Shown here piece by piece: positions 37,290-46,292 of a stretch of DNA of 64,000 bases. Made by a program: the position numbers and the translations under genes. The notes beneath the pieces were generated by a model. The model did no database searches. It worked only from the letters and a program-made list of their open reading frames with translations, and was not told the DNA's origin. The DNA comes from Anaerovoracaceae bacterium (GTDB taxonomy: Bacteria > Bacillota > Clostridia > Peptostreptococcales > Anaerovoracaceae): positions 29,231-93,230 of the forward strand of contig JAZUDV010000046.1 in NCBI GenBank assembly GCA_045639825.1, given 5' to 3'. The first letter of the stretch is position 1. Every line of letters starts with the position of its first letter.

Positions 37290-38888
37290 TTATAAATTGC
37301 TGAAGATAGTAGCGCCTTTAGTCTTGATCCATTTGTCGCAGTACATATATATACCGACGAGCAGGACAATCAGCGCCAGGATGAAGATGTGGGTAGGCAC
37401 CATGTTTCTGGTTAAGAAACCCAATACTCCAATCAGTATACCGAACGCCCAGCCGCCAAAGATCACGAATGCAACAGGTGCGCCCTGCTTGACAGGTGTC
37501 TGCTCACTTGTCCACTCGAGATTAGGGTGCTTGAGGTTCAGAACTGTTCCGAGCGTTGAGCTGGTCCTTCCGAAGATTGCAGCAAACACGGTTATCAGTA
37601 CTGCATTCGAATCATCAATGCCAAGAGCTAATGACAGCGCAACAGCGAGTAATGCACCGGGTATAGACTGCAAATATACCGAGAACTGTATCTTGGCATT
37701 AATTGCAGCTATCGGATCAACAGGCATGGACTGCAGCATCCAGATATTCTTACCTTCCAGTGATATAGCAGCAGCGGAAACTGTTGCAAGTGACTCCATC
37801 ATACAGATTATAAACAGTATAGCCAATGGCAGTATCTGAGCCAACTCAGGAAGTACTTCTGCAAGAGGTGCAATCTTGTCCGCCAGCAGATTTCCCTTAA
37901 TGAACAGGAATGCTGCTCCACCTACCATGAATATTACACCAAGTCCGGCGTTTAACATGCAAGTAACGCTATTGAAGAAATGTGTTGCTTCCTTCTTAAG
38001 AAGCGCCTTGTTTGCAGAACTTGTCTTAATCTGAGTTTCCTTGAATTTTGCAGCAGTTCCGGAATTCTTCTTGGTAGAGAATCCGATAAAAGTCTTAGTC
38101 ACCAGCAGATATGCGGCAGCCATAATAACCGCAACAATTGCTGTAAAAATCAAGATTCCGGCAATATTGCCACAGCACGCATGTCCCAGCTGATAGAATG
38201 GATAAATAGATTGCTTTATTACTTCACCAGCTCTATCCATATTGCTTGCCAGCTTGTTCAGCAGAACATTTGTCTTGAACTGCAGTGCATATATACTAAT
38301 CAACAATAGCAGACAAACTATAACAGTTACGAATTTCTGATTCTTCAGTTTAGTTGCCAAGAATGCAACAACCCATCCGAACAGGCAAGTCAGTGCCAGG
38401 ATAAGAATTCCCGAGATAGCAAGCATCAACAACTGCGGAGCAATGGATATTGCAGGCATCTTACCTGAAGTGATTCCTACGACCATTGTCGGTAGCCATA
38501 CCATTGCAGCATATACTATACCCATGATGTAAACGCTTACCATCCTGGACATTACAAGAGTGCCAGGTGGAATCGGCATTGCCAGCAGCATCTCGTTATC
38601 ATGTGCCATATACAGCTGAACATAGCTGAGCATCGCATTGATAAGAGATGCAGTAACAACAGCCATGATGCCCATGATTGACCATACTATCCACCCCGCT
38701 TCTGCAGGAACCGAACCGAAGAAGAGCGCACTCATGCCGGCAAACGACAATGCCAGTGAGAAGAACACGATGATATACAGAATAATCATTCCTATCACGG
38801 CGTTACCCTGTCTCTGGCCACCCTTCTTATCCCTGAAGTATAGTGCTTTGACTTCCTGCAGATTCTTACGCAATAAAGTCTTTAACAT
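37290..38888 (-). CDS. ABC-2-type transporter permease (532 aa, ~12 TM)
   Basis: Start taken at MLKTLLRKNL (ATG 38888), 1 nt after the stop of the upstream ATPase. The track's 55-codon extension overlaps that gene. The protein is highly hydrophobic. Confidence 0.75.
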   Translation of the reverse strand: MLKTLLRKNLQEVKALYFRDKKGGQRQGNAVIGMIILYIIVFFSLALSFAGMSALFFGSVPAEAGWIVWSIMGIMAVVTASLINAMLSYVQLYMAHDNEMLLAMPIPPGTLVMSRMVSVYIMGIVYAAMVWLPTMVVGITSGKMPAISIAPQLLMLAISGILILALTCLFGWVVAFLATKLKNQKFVTVIVCLLLLISIYALQFKTNVLLNKLASNMDRAGEVIKQSIYPFYQLGHACCGNIAGILIFTAIVAVIMAAAYLLVTKTFIGFSTKKNSGTAAKFKETQIKTSSANKALLKKEATHFFNSVTCMLNAGLGVIFMVGGAAFLFIKGNLLADKIAPLAEVLPELAQILPLAILFIICMMESLATVSAAAISLEGKNIWMLQSMPVDPIAAINAKIQFSVYLQSIPGALLAVALSLALGIDDSNAVLITVFAAIFGRTSSTLGTVLNLKHPNLEWTSEQTPVKQGAPVAFVIFGGWAFGILIGVLGFLTRNMVPTHIFILALIVLLVGIYMYCDKWIKTKGATIFSNL

Positions 38889-38889
38889 T

Positions 38890-39597
38890 TTACTTTTCCT
38901 CCAGTTCCAGGAATACCTGTTCGAGTGACTCATCGCCCTTGACCTCTTCCATAGTACCGCACTTAATGAGCTTGCCCTGCTTGATGATGGCAACCATGTC
39001 GCAAAGCTTCTCAGCAACATCGAGTACATGAGTTGAGAAGAAGATAGCAGCACCGTTATCGCACATTTCCTTCATTACACCCTTCAGCAGGAAGGTTGCC
39101 TTCGGATCAAGTCCGACAAAAGGTTCATCCATGATAATCAGCTTAGGATTGTGCAGCAGAGCTCCGATGATGACCAGCTTCTGCTTCATACCGTGGGAAT
39201 ATGAGGAAATCGGCTGCGCCAATTTCTCCCTTATCTCGAACATCTCAGCGTATTTATTGATGCGCTCTGTTCTGACTTCTGCAGTCACCTCAAATATGTC
39301 TGCAATGAAGTTCAGGTACTGAATTGCTGTCATGAACTCATAGATATCCGGATTGTCCGGAATATATGCGAGTTCCCTCTTGCATGCGAGTGCTTCCTTC
39401 TTGATGTCCTTGCCATCAATTGTTATTGTTCCGTTATCAAAGTCAGAAATGCCAACAGCTCACTTGATTGCAGTTGTCTTTCCTGCTCCGTTGTGTCCGA
39501 TAAAAGCATATATCTGACCGGCCTCCACAGTCAGCGACAGATCGTCAACCGCAGTGAAATTACCGAATTTCTTGGTTAAATGTTCTATCTTTAACAT
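38890..39597 (-). pseudogene. ABC transporter ATP-binding protein interrupted by one in-frame TGA (codon 46, 39460-39462): a nonsense pseudogene or a recoded gene
   Basis: ATG 39597 gives MLKIEHLTKKFGNFTAVDDLSLTVEAGQIYAFIGHNGAGKTTAIK, then TGA, then AVGISDFDNGTITIDGKDIKKEALACKRELAYIPDNPDIYEF, then track ORF 38890..39333 (MTAIQYL...), all in one frame (708 nt, 235 codons). Walker A GHNGAGKTT, signature SYSHGMKQK, Walker B IIMDEPF. Confidence 0.75.
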
Positions 39598-39803
39598 CTT
39601 GTATCTCCTATTTCAAGTTCTATGGGCAAGTCTATTTCCTCTCCGACATACGCCCCATTCTTCTTGCGCTGTTTAACGCATTCTGTCAGCAGATATTCAA
39701 TCTGCCCGTTAACCGATCTGAAATCGTCCTCGGCCCACTGCATCAGCTGTGCATAGAGTTGAGCCGATAATCTCAGCGGTATCTGTTTTTTTTCATTTGC
39801 CAT
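39591..39803 (-). CDS. Arc/MetJ-type ribbon-helix-helix DNA-binding protein
   Basis: Start at MANEKKQIPLRLSAQLYAQL (ATG 39803, AAGAGG 6 nt upstream). The RHH beta-strand pattern IPLRL is present. The 3' end overlaps the ABC ATPase start by 7 nt. Confidence 0.7.
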   Translation of the reverse strand: MANEKKQIPLRLSAQLYAQLMQWAEDDFRSVNGQIEYLLTECVKQRKKNGAYVGEEIDLPIELEIGDTRC

Positions 39804-39813
39804 TGCGTACCTC

Positions 39814-40815
39814 TTAATACAAACTTCCGGAATTAACGACAGGCTGTGCATCGTGGTTGCCGCAGAGGACTACCAGCAGATTGCTGACCATTGCGGCTTT
39901 ACGTTCTTCATCGAGCGTAACAATGTCGTTTTCGTTCAGTTTCTCGAGAGCCATTTCGACCATGCCAACGGCACCGTCAACTATCATCTTACGTGCATCA
40001 ATGATTGCACTTGCCTGCTGTCTCTGAAGCATTACGCTTGCGATCTCAGGTGCATAAGCCAGATGTGTGATTCTTGCTTCGAGAATTTCGATGCCGGCAC
40101 AAGAAACCTTGGACTGAATTTCTTCTTTAATTCTGTTGGCAACAACCTCGCTGGATCCTCTGAGTGATCCTTCATCAGCAATGCCGTCGCCTGTTGTGTC
40201 TACATTAGGTGCCACATCGTAAGGATAGAGGCGAACAATGTTACGGAGAGCACTGTCGCACTGAAGTGACAGGAACTCCTTGTAGTTGTCAACATCGAAT
40301 ACTGCCTTCGCAGTGTCTGTAACCTTCCAAATAACTGCAATACCAATCTCGATTGGGTTGCCCAGACAGTCATTAATCTTCTGGCGGCTGTTGTTAAGAG
40401 TCATAACCTTGAGTGAAACCTTCTTGTTAACGACCGGCTTCGTAGTATTCTTGCCACCGAAGAGAATGCTAGGCTTCTTCTCGCTCTCTACATCACCACT
40501 CTGATTGAGCTTGGTCTCAGCAGCCGGATTGACAGCGATGCAGAACGGATTCACGAAGTAGAATCCCTCCTCCTTGATGCTGCCGTAATACTTACCGAAA
40601 AGGGTCAGAACCAGAGCCTCCTGTGGGCCAACAACCTTAAGGCCGAGGAAAAGGATCCAGCCCAGGCAGAGGTAAATGACTCCCAGCACTGACACAACCG
40701 GCATACCTATAATTCCGCCCATCGGAGTCAGCAGTATTGCAACAATATATAATACGATAGACAGAATCATCATTCCGATTCCGTTCTTCTTTCCGTTTAA
40801 TACTTTTTCTTCCAT
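39814..40815 (-). CDS. SPFH/Band-7 (stomatin/prohibitin-like) domain membrane protein
   Basis: Start at MEEKVLNG (ATG 40815, AAGGAAA upstream). Two N-terminal TM segments, then an SPFH core and a C-terminal ALEKL...[15 protein letters not shown] region. Confidence 0.78.
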   Translation of the reverse strand: MEEKVLNGKKNGIGMMILSIVLYIVAILLTPMGGIIGMPVVSVLGVIYLCLGWILFLGLKVVGPQEALVLTLFGKYYGSIKEEGFYFVNPFCIAVNPAAETKLNQSGDVESEKKPSILFGGKNTTKPVVNKKVSLKVMTLNNSRQKINDCLGNPIEIGIAVIWKVTDTAKAVFDVDNYKEFLSLQCDSALRNIVRLYPYDVAPNVDTTGDGIADEGSLRGSSEVVANRIKEEIQSKVSCAGIEILEARITHLAYAPEIASVMLQRQQASAIIDARKMIVDGAVGMVEMALEKLNENDIVTLDEERKAAMVSNLLVVLCGNHDAQPVVNSGSLY

Positions 40816-40837
40816 GACTATTTCCTTTCTTTCAGAG

Positions 40838-40866
40838 AAAAATGATATCATAATGATATCATTTTT
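40838..40866 (-). terminator. AT-rich hairpin, candidate terminator after the AlkD-like gene
   Basis: AAAAATGATATCA-taa-TGATATCATTTTT, with 13-nt perfect arms. The stem has few G-C pairs, so it is weak. Confidence 0.35.
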
Positions 40867-40887
40867 ATATTGCTTGTCAAGACCCTA

Positions 40888-41568
40888 CTATTTTCTCTTT
40901 AAAGTATTCAGGTATTCTTTCTGTTTTTCAGAAATCCTGTAACTCTCTCTGGCCTTTTGAATGGTTTTATTATGCGTCCATGTCTCCAGGCGATTGCCCT
41001 CAATATAAGGAATTGTCGCATCCCACTGCTTGGCCAGCGCAGTCGCAAAGAACCAAGCCACCATCATTTTGGCATAGTAGTCTTCTAGCTTAACCGCCGC
41101 CGGAATCTCAAGATACTCACCCTTGAAATCCTCATCCAGATAGTGTGTCATCAGCATCTCCATGCCAAAGCGACTCGTATATGTTGCGTCACTTTTCGAC
41201 CACTCGATTATTTTGTTAATCAGTTGCTCTTTGTTCTTCTTGAAACACTTCGGCGACATAATATCGCACACTGCCCAGTTGTCGACATAAGGCAGAAAGG
41301 CATCAACGGCCTCAATGCACTGATCGTAATCCTTAAACTCTGATACAATGAGTCCATGCAGCATATTCTCATCATAGTATTTATGTGGCATCTCACTCAG
41401 AAAGGCATCGTACTCGCCCGCTCTGAACAGCTCCTTCGCCAACTTTCTTACTGCAAGAACACGCACACCGATACATGTACTTCTGTCAACTGTCGGAGTC
41501 AGTCTGGACTGAAACTCCGCATACTTCTCATCAGCCAATTCAAATAAACGTGCCTTAATGTCCATCAT
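40888..41568 (-). CDS. DNA alkylation repair protein (AlkD/HEAT-like repeat family)
   Basis: 226 aa with NWAVCD and FATALAKQW-type motifs of the DNA alkylation repair enzyme family. AAGGAGA SD upstream. Confidence 0.75.
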   Translation of the reverse strand: MMDIKARLFELADEKYAEFQSRLTPTVDRSTCIGVRVLAVRKLAKELFRAGEYDAFLSEMPHKYYDENMLHGLIVSEFKDYDQCIEAVDAFLPYVDNWAVCDIMSPKCFKKNKEQLINKIIEWSKSDATYTSRFGMEMLMTHYLDEDFKGEYLEIPAAVKLEDYYAKMMVAWFFATALAKQWDATIPYIEGNRLETWTHNKTIQKARESYRISEKQKEYLNTLKRK

Positions 41569-41586
41569 CAGTTCTCCTTTTCGTCC

Positions 41587-41781
41587 CTATTCTTCCCAGA
41601 AGAGCTCGTCCAAAGTCATTCCCAATGTCTTGCATATCGATCTGCAAAGAGAAATGGTCGGATTATAATCACCCTTCTCTATTGCATTGATAGTCTGGCG
41701 GGATACTCCGACAATGCGAGCGAGTTCGTCCTGTGAGAGGTCTTTGCCAGCCCTCGCCGCTTTCATCTTAAGATTCTTCAT
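41587..41781 (-). CDS. XRE-family helix-turn-helix transcriptional regulator
   Basis: MKNLKMKAARAGKDLSQDELARIVGVSRQTINAIEKGDYNPT. Start ambiguous: ATG 41781 lies 12 nt from GGAGG, TTG 41790 only 3 nt from it. Confidence 0.82.
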   Translation of the reverse strand: MKNLKMKAARAGKDLSQDELARIVGVSRQTINAIEKGDYNPTISLCRSICKTLGMTLDELFWEE

Positions 41782-41841
41782 AATTATCAATTTCCTCCTT
41801 GATGCTATTCATCTCCCTCTTCGCAGCCGCTGTTCCGCCAA

Positions 41842-42414
41842 CTAATCATTATTTTCCTCATTATCTTCATCAGCATTTCTCTTGTCGCGCACCTCCTTAA
41901 TACCTGCTGCTCCAAGAACAACAATCATCATAACTGCGCAGAGAAAATTAACAACTGTACCTGAGATAACGCCATCAACAATAAAATCGCCTCTAACTAT
42001 AGATGCAATGGAGATAACCAGATTTAGTACGCCAATTCCTCCAATGACAATCACGTAGTTCCTCTTATTATTGTTCATCCCCCAATACGCACCCTTGAAG
42101 ATACAGTACACACAGAAAATCATGATACTGATAATTATCATTCCGAATGCAATTACTCCAAAGTCAGTCTTAGCCAGATAATCCGTTCCAAAGCTTGCGG
42201 CAAGAGTTTTGTACATCTGAACAAGAACAAGTAAAGCTGCCAATGTCCAGTATGCAATTCTATATCCCTCTCCAATTACTATCTTCTGTCTCTCATCGTA
42301 TTCAGTCCTAACCTTATTGTCCCTATTGGCATACTTGAGAAGAACAACTACTATTACTCCTACTACTACGATAGTAATCAAAACGCCTGCAATCACTCCA
42401 AGCTCATATGACAT
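41842..42414 (-). CDS. hypothetical membrane protein (4-5 TM), partner of the XRE regulator
   Basis: 190 aa, hydrophobic, with an acidic C-terminal tail. AAGGGGG SD 8 nt upstream. Confidence 0.6.
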   Translation of the reverse strand: MSYELGVIAGVLITIVVVGVIVVVLLKYANRDNKVRTEYDERQKIVIGEGYRIAYWTLAALLVLVQMYKTLAASFGTDYLAKTDFGVIAFGMIIISIMIFCVYCIFKGAYWGMNNNKRNYVIVIGGIGVLNLVISIASIVRGDFIVDGVISGTVVNFLCAVMMIVVLGAAGIKEVRDKRNADEDNEENND

Positions 42415-42647
42415 AATAAATACCCCCTTCTGAAAATACGCTTTTCAGCGCTTCCTTTCCTTTCGTTAGGGAGTATATACCTCGTGCGACAAAATGTCAA
42501 ATATATATTACATTTTATCTATTATTTTTTTCATTATATCTTTTTCTCATGCTCTTATTCATAATTTGTAGTCCAAAGTCACATTTGGCGCATTTCATAT
42601 GACGCGCCATATGCGGTTTTGGTCTACAATTTATGTATGAAGACAGT

Positions 42648-45600
42648 TTACTGATAAATCCTCACTGCCTCGCTGGTATTAAAGAGATAGAGGTAAGCTT
42701 CACCTACCGGTAGTCCTGTGCCTTCTGTGATTGCCTTGGAATACAGTTCTATCTGAGTCTTATATTCACGGCGTATGCGTTCAATCTCTTCTTCCTTAGG
42801 CTTTCTCGGATTGATGTAGTTCGACTTGTAGTCCACCAGAACCATGCACGGATTGCCATTGGTATCTGTCTCTTCCCAGCAGCAATCGATAACGCCCTGA
42901 ACGAGGATATCTCTACCCTTCCACTCCGTTGACAGAGTGAATGCCTTCTCCTTCTTAAGCTTGCCTGAGATTGCGGCTCTGATCGCGCGCTGTCCCAGCG
43001 GTGTTCGGAAGAAATCTGCAATGCGTTCAAATTGCAGTGCCTTGAACACCTCCTCTTCTATCGCTCCGTTGTCACAGAGGAAGCGCGCGGATTCAAGAAT
43101 ATACCCCGGCTCAACGACTTTCGTAAAATCGATGTATTCCATTATCCTGTGATACGCGATCCCAAGGTCTGATGCGCTTGCCTTCTTCTTGTTGTCTGTA
43201 AGGTGCCAGAGGTTGACAACTTCATTATCGATTGTTGTTGCATCAGATGCTGGAGCGTCATCAGCATTTATGGCACCCGGCTGTGCCTCGCTTGCCAACT
43301 CATCGCGACGTATCGCACTTACGGAATACTTGCTAGGAGCCTCCAGCATCGCTGCATCAGGATATTCATAGCTGAGTCTGCGGTCAATCTCTTCATACAT
43401 AGAGAGAGCTTCCGGTGTGAGCACCTTAGGACGTGATGCCAACAATGCCTGTACTCTTGACTCCTTAGTTATATCGCGTCTGAGTTCAAGATTGTTCACG
43501 TAATAATCGTTGTAAGGAGTATCGAGAACTTCCCTCATTACCTTGAGGAAGCAATTCGGATTTGCCGTGAATTTGTTGAGCTCCTCTTCATTTTTGACAG
43601 CTCCAACCATAAAGAGTTTGTTCCTTGCACGAGTCATAGCAACATAGAGAATTCTCAGTTCCTCTTTGTAGCTCTCGGCGTTGGACTTGGCATTGATAGC
43701 ACGTTGCATAACTGTTGAACGCCAATAGCGTCTGTCCGCGCTGACGAATGGCAAAGCCACACCGAGCTCAGAGTCGAAGCTCAGTTTCATCTCGCTGTTA
43801 TCTCTTCTGAACTGATGACCGAGTCCTCCAACTATTACAAACGGATACTCAAGTCCCTTGCTCTTATGAATCGTTGTAATCCTTACTACATCATCTTCCT
43901 TGCTGACCATAGAAGCCTGTCCGTTGGATATCTTCTTGGTCTTCATTATTTCGATGAATCTTAAGAAGGAACTCAGTGATGCAACGGTGCCCTCGCTGTA
44001 TTGTCTTGCCCTATCCACCAGCACACGAAGATTGGCCTGTCTGCGATTGCCATCATACATAGCTCCGGCATACATATAATATCCGGAGTCGACCAAAACC
44101 TTCCACACGAAGTCGTCCAGCGGCATCATATTGGCAAGCTCACGCCACTCGTTAATCTTGCTGTGCGCGTATTGAACTTTGCTACGCAGCTGTTCATCTT
44201 TACCATTAACAGCATACCAATCAAGAGCCTCCCAGAATGAAGGTTTCCTGTTACCCTGATGTTCATCCTTGTGGTCTCTAAGGAATTGTCTGTGTGCAAT
44301 TCGTATATTCGCCAATTCAGACGGCGTCCATCCGAAGACCTCAGAATGAAGTGTAGCAATGAGCTGAACATCGCGTTTGGAATTATCTATCGTTTGGAAT
44401 AGCGACAATGCTATGCCTATTTCTACTGTATCGAAATAATTGTCATCTTCTTCGATGTGTGACTGAACCTCGACATTTCTCAAAGCCCTCGCCATAACCT
44501 CTCCGCGGACTTTGGTCGCACGGAGCAGAACTACTATATCCCTGGCTGTAGCCTTTCGAATCTCGCCGGTCTTGGTATCACAGAAAGTTGTTCCAATAGT
44601 ATCACGAACGAGTTTGGCAATGTAAACTGCTTCAGCCTCTTCATTGCTGAGATTCTCTATCTCATCTCCTGCCGGGTCGTCTGCCTCGAACTCATCCTCC
44701 GCTATCTCTTTCAGGAGGACATGAACCTCAGGCTTGAAATCATATTCATCCTGATATCCTGCCCCACTGTCCAGTCCGGTATACAGTCGGGCACGGCTGT
44801 CGTATCCCTCCATGATGTTGCCGAATACAACATTGATGTAATTAATTGTTGCATCGTTACAGCGGAAGTTCTTATTCAGATCTATTGCCATTGAGAATGC
44901 ATCCTGATCTGATGAATATTCCCTATATACCCTCTCGAAAATGGCCGGCTCAGCCTGTCTGAATCTGTAAATGCTCTGCTTGACATCACCAACTTTAAAC
45001 ACATTGTCTTCTCGCGCAAATCTGCCAATCAGGTACTCCTGAATATTGTTCGTATCCTGATACTCATCGATAAAAATGTATTTGAAACGCTTGCGCAGAG
45101 TTTCTGCAGGTACATCCTTCTCAAGTATCTGAACAGCAATGTGCTCCATATCTCCAAAGTCAAGAACGCCCGCATCTTTCTTCAGCTGAAGATACCTATC
45201 CTCGAAAGCCTTCATAAGGTTCAGATAGTAGATGGTATGCTCGTATGTAGCATTCATCTCAGATAATCTTGTGCCGAAGTCAGGCAGGAAGTATCTGTTA
45301 ACAATATTGGCTACAGCATCCTTGCACAGATTGCGAAGCGGCGTGATTTCTGTTCTGAATCCTGCATAGATCTTCTTGAGATCATCCTCAGTTCCCTTCT
45401 CGAAGAATGCGGTGTAACTCTGAAGATTAGCCCAAGGAATATTTAAAATGAGGTCTGCAAAGTCATTATTCCAAGCACCCTTATCTGCAATACTCTTGAG
45501 CTTAGTTACAGCCTCATACTCCTTGCCAAGCATATCGTAGAACTTCTTCTCAATTCCGTTAAGGATATACAGCTCTCTAATCTCTTCAAAAGACTTCACT

Positions 45601-46286
45601 GCAGTACTCAGCTCAGATCTTGCATCCGCCATAATTGACTCAGCTAGACGGCTGTCAGCTATGTTCTCTTTATTCAGCTTGAGTTCTGCTGCTCTGTCAT
45701 ATGCCCAGTTCCAGTAATCAGGCATGGAACGAAGTGCTGCATAGGCAGCAAGCATGTCATCCTTAAAGCTCTGTTCGCTTCTCTCCTTGGAATAAAGGCG
45801 TAAGAAACTACGGAATGATCCGCCTGCGATGAGTTCGCCATTGACGAATGCCTCTTCAAAGAGGCTGTCCAGAGCCTCCCTCTGCATCAGCTCACTCTGG
45901 ACCTCATCGCAAGCCTTGAAGTTAGGCTCTATATCTATTTCGTAGAAGAATTCTTTAATTACGCGAACAGCAAAACTATCAAACGTCGAAATGTATGATC
46001 TGTACAGCCTGTTAAGCTGATCTCTCAACTTAGCCTTGCTGGCAGGATCATCCTTCATTCTCTGTTTGATAGCTCGAGATAATTTGAGGCGCATCTCCGC
46101 TGCGGCAGCCTTGGTAAATGTCACAACAAGCATCTCATCAACATTCGCGTTACCGCTCAAGATGATGTTGATAATTCTCTGCACGAGAACCGCCGTCTTG
46201 CCCGAACCGGCAGCCGCACTGACAAGAATCGACTTGTCCAGCGTCTCAATAGCCTTATTCTGTTCTGTAGTAAATTTTACTCCCAT
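42648..46286 (-). CDS. addA: ATP-dependent helicase/nuclease AddA-like (UvrD helicase plus C-terminal RecB-type nuclease)
   Basis: 1212 aa. Motif I AAAGSGKT, motif II FIDEYQDTN, C-terminal nuclease GVIDCC...LVDYKSN...QIELYSKA. Confidence 0.88.
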   Translation of the reverse strand: MGVKFTTEQNKAIETLDKSILVSAAAGSGKTAVLVQRIINIILSGNANVDEMLVVTFTKAAAAEMRLKLSRAIKQRMKDDPASKAKLRDQLNRLYRSYISTFDSFAVRVIKEFFYEIDIEPNFKACDEVQSELMQREALDSLFEEAFVNGELIAGGSFRSFLRLYSKERSEQSFKDDMLAAYAALRSMPDYWNWAYDRAAELKLNKENIADSRLAESIMADARSELSTAVKSFEEIRELYILNGIEKKFYDMLGKEYEAVTKLKSIADKGAWNNDFADLILNIPWANLQSYTAFFEKGTEDDLKKIYAGFRTEITPLRNLCKDAVANIVNRYFLPDFGTRLSEMNATYEHTIYYLNLMKAFEDRYLQLKKDAGVLDFGDMEHIAVQILEKDVPAETLRKRFKYIFIDEYQDTNNIQEYLIGRFAREDNVFKVGDVKQSIYRFRQAEPAIFERVYREYSSDQDAFSMAIDLNKNFRCNDATINYINVVFGNIMEGYDSRARLYTGLDSGAGYQDEYDFKPEVHVLLKEIAEDEFEADDPAGDEIENLSNEEAEAVYIAKLVRDTIGTTFCDTKTGEIRKATARDIVVLLRATKVRGEVMARALRNVEVQSHIEEDDNYFDTVEIGIALSLFQTIDNSKRDVQLIATLHSEVFGWTPSELANIRIAHRQFLRDHKDEHQGNRKPSFWEALDWYAVNGKDEQLRSKVQYAHSKINEWRELANMMPLDDFVWKVLVDSGYYMYAGAMYDGNRRQANLRVLVDRARQYSEGTVASLSSFLRFIEIMKTKKISNGQASMVSKEDDVVRITTIHKSKGLEYPFVIVGGLGHQFRRDNSEMKLSFDSELGVALPFVSADRRYWRSTVMQRAINAKSNAESYKEELRILYVAMTRARNKLFMVGAVKNEEELNKFTANPNCFLKVMREVLDTPYNDYYVNNLELRRDITKESRVQALLASRPKVLTPEALSMYEEIDRRLSYEYPDAAMLEAPSKYSVSAIRRDELASEAQPGAINADDAPASDATTIDNEVVNLWHLTDNKKKASASDLGIAYHRIMEYIDFTKVVEPGYILESARFLCDNGAIEEEVFKALQFERIADFFRTPLGQRAIRAAISGKLKKEKAFTLSTEWKGRDILVQGVIDCCWEETDTNGNPCMVLVDYKSNYINPRKPKEEEIERIRREYKTQIELYSKAITEGTGLPVGEAYLYLFNTSEAVRIYQ

Positions 46287-46292
46287 GTGTTG

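Noticed and set aside
38889-39053. 55-codon N-terminal extension of the permease ORF (track 37290..39053)
   Set aside because: It overlaps the 3' end of the ABC ATPase gene in another frame. The hydrophobic protein begins sensibly at MLKTLLRK (38888), 1 nt after the ATPase stop.
39460-39462. Alternative genetic code (TGA = Trp or Gly) as the explanation for the in-frame TGAs
   Set aside because: TGA cleanly terminates the pxpC-like gene (50595-50597) and the chorismate mutase gene (56512-56514). The selD TGA sits exactly at the known Cys/Sec position, and a dedicated tRNA-Sec is present.
40816-40851. 12-codon N-terminal extension of the SPFH ORF
   Set aside because: It runs into the AT-rich hairpin at 40838-40866 and has no SD, whereas ATG 40815 does have one.
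41790-41798. TTG start codon for the XRE regulator, as given in the ORF track
   Set aside because: It lies only 3 nt from the GGAGG. ATG 41781 is more conventional, though its 12-nt spacing is long, so the start remains ambiguous.
42566-42629. Imperfect 64-nt palindrome (TTGTAGTCCAAA...TGGCGC...GCGCCA...TTTGGTCTACAA) 19 nt downstream of addA, with a GGCGCAT-TTCA core faintly reminiscent of the cassette arm motif
   Set aside because: The resemblance to the 407-2004 repeats is limited to a few bases. No T-run follows on the addA strand, so I cannot call it an intrinsic terminator or a copy of the element. It may still be a weak transcription stop or a protein-binding site.
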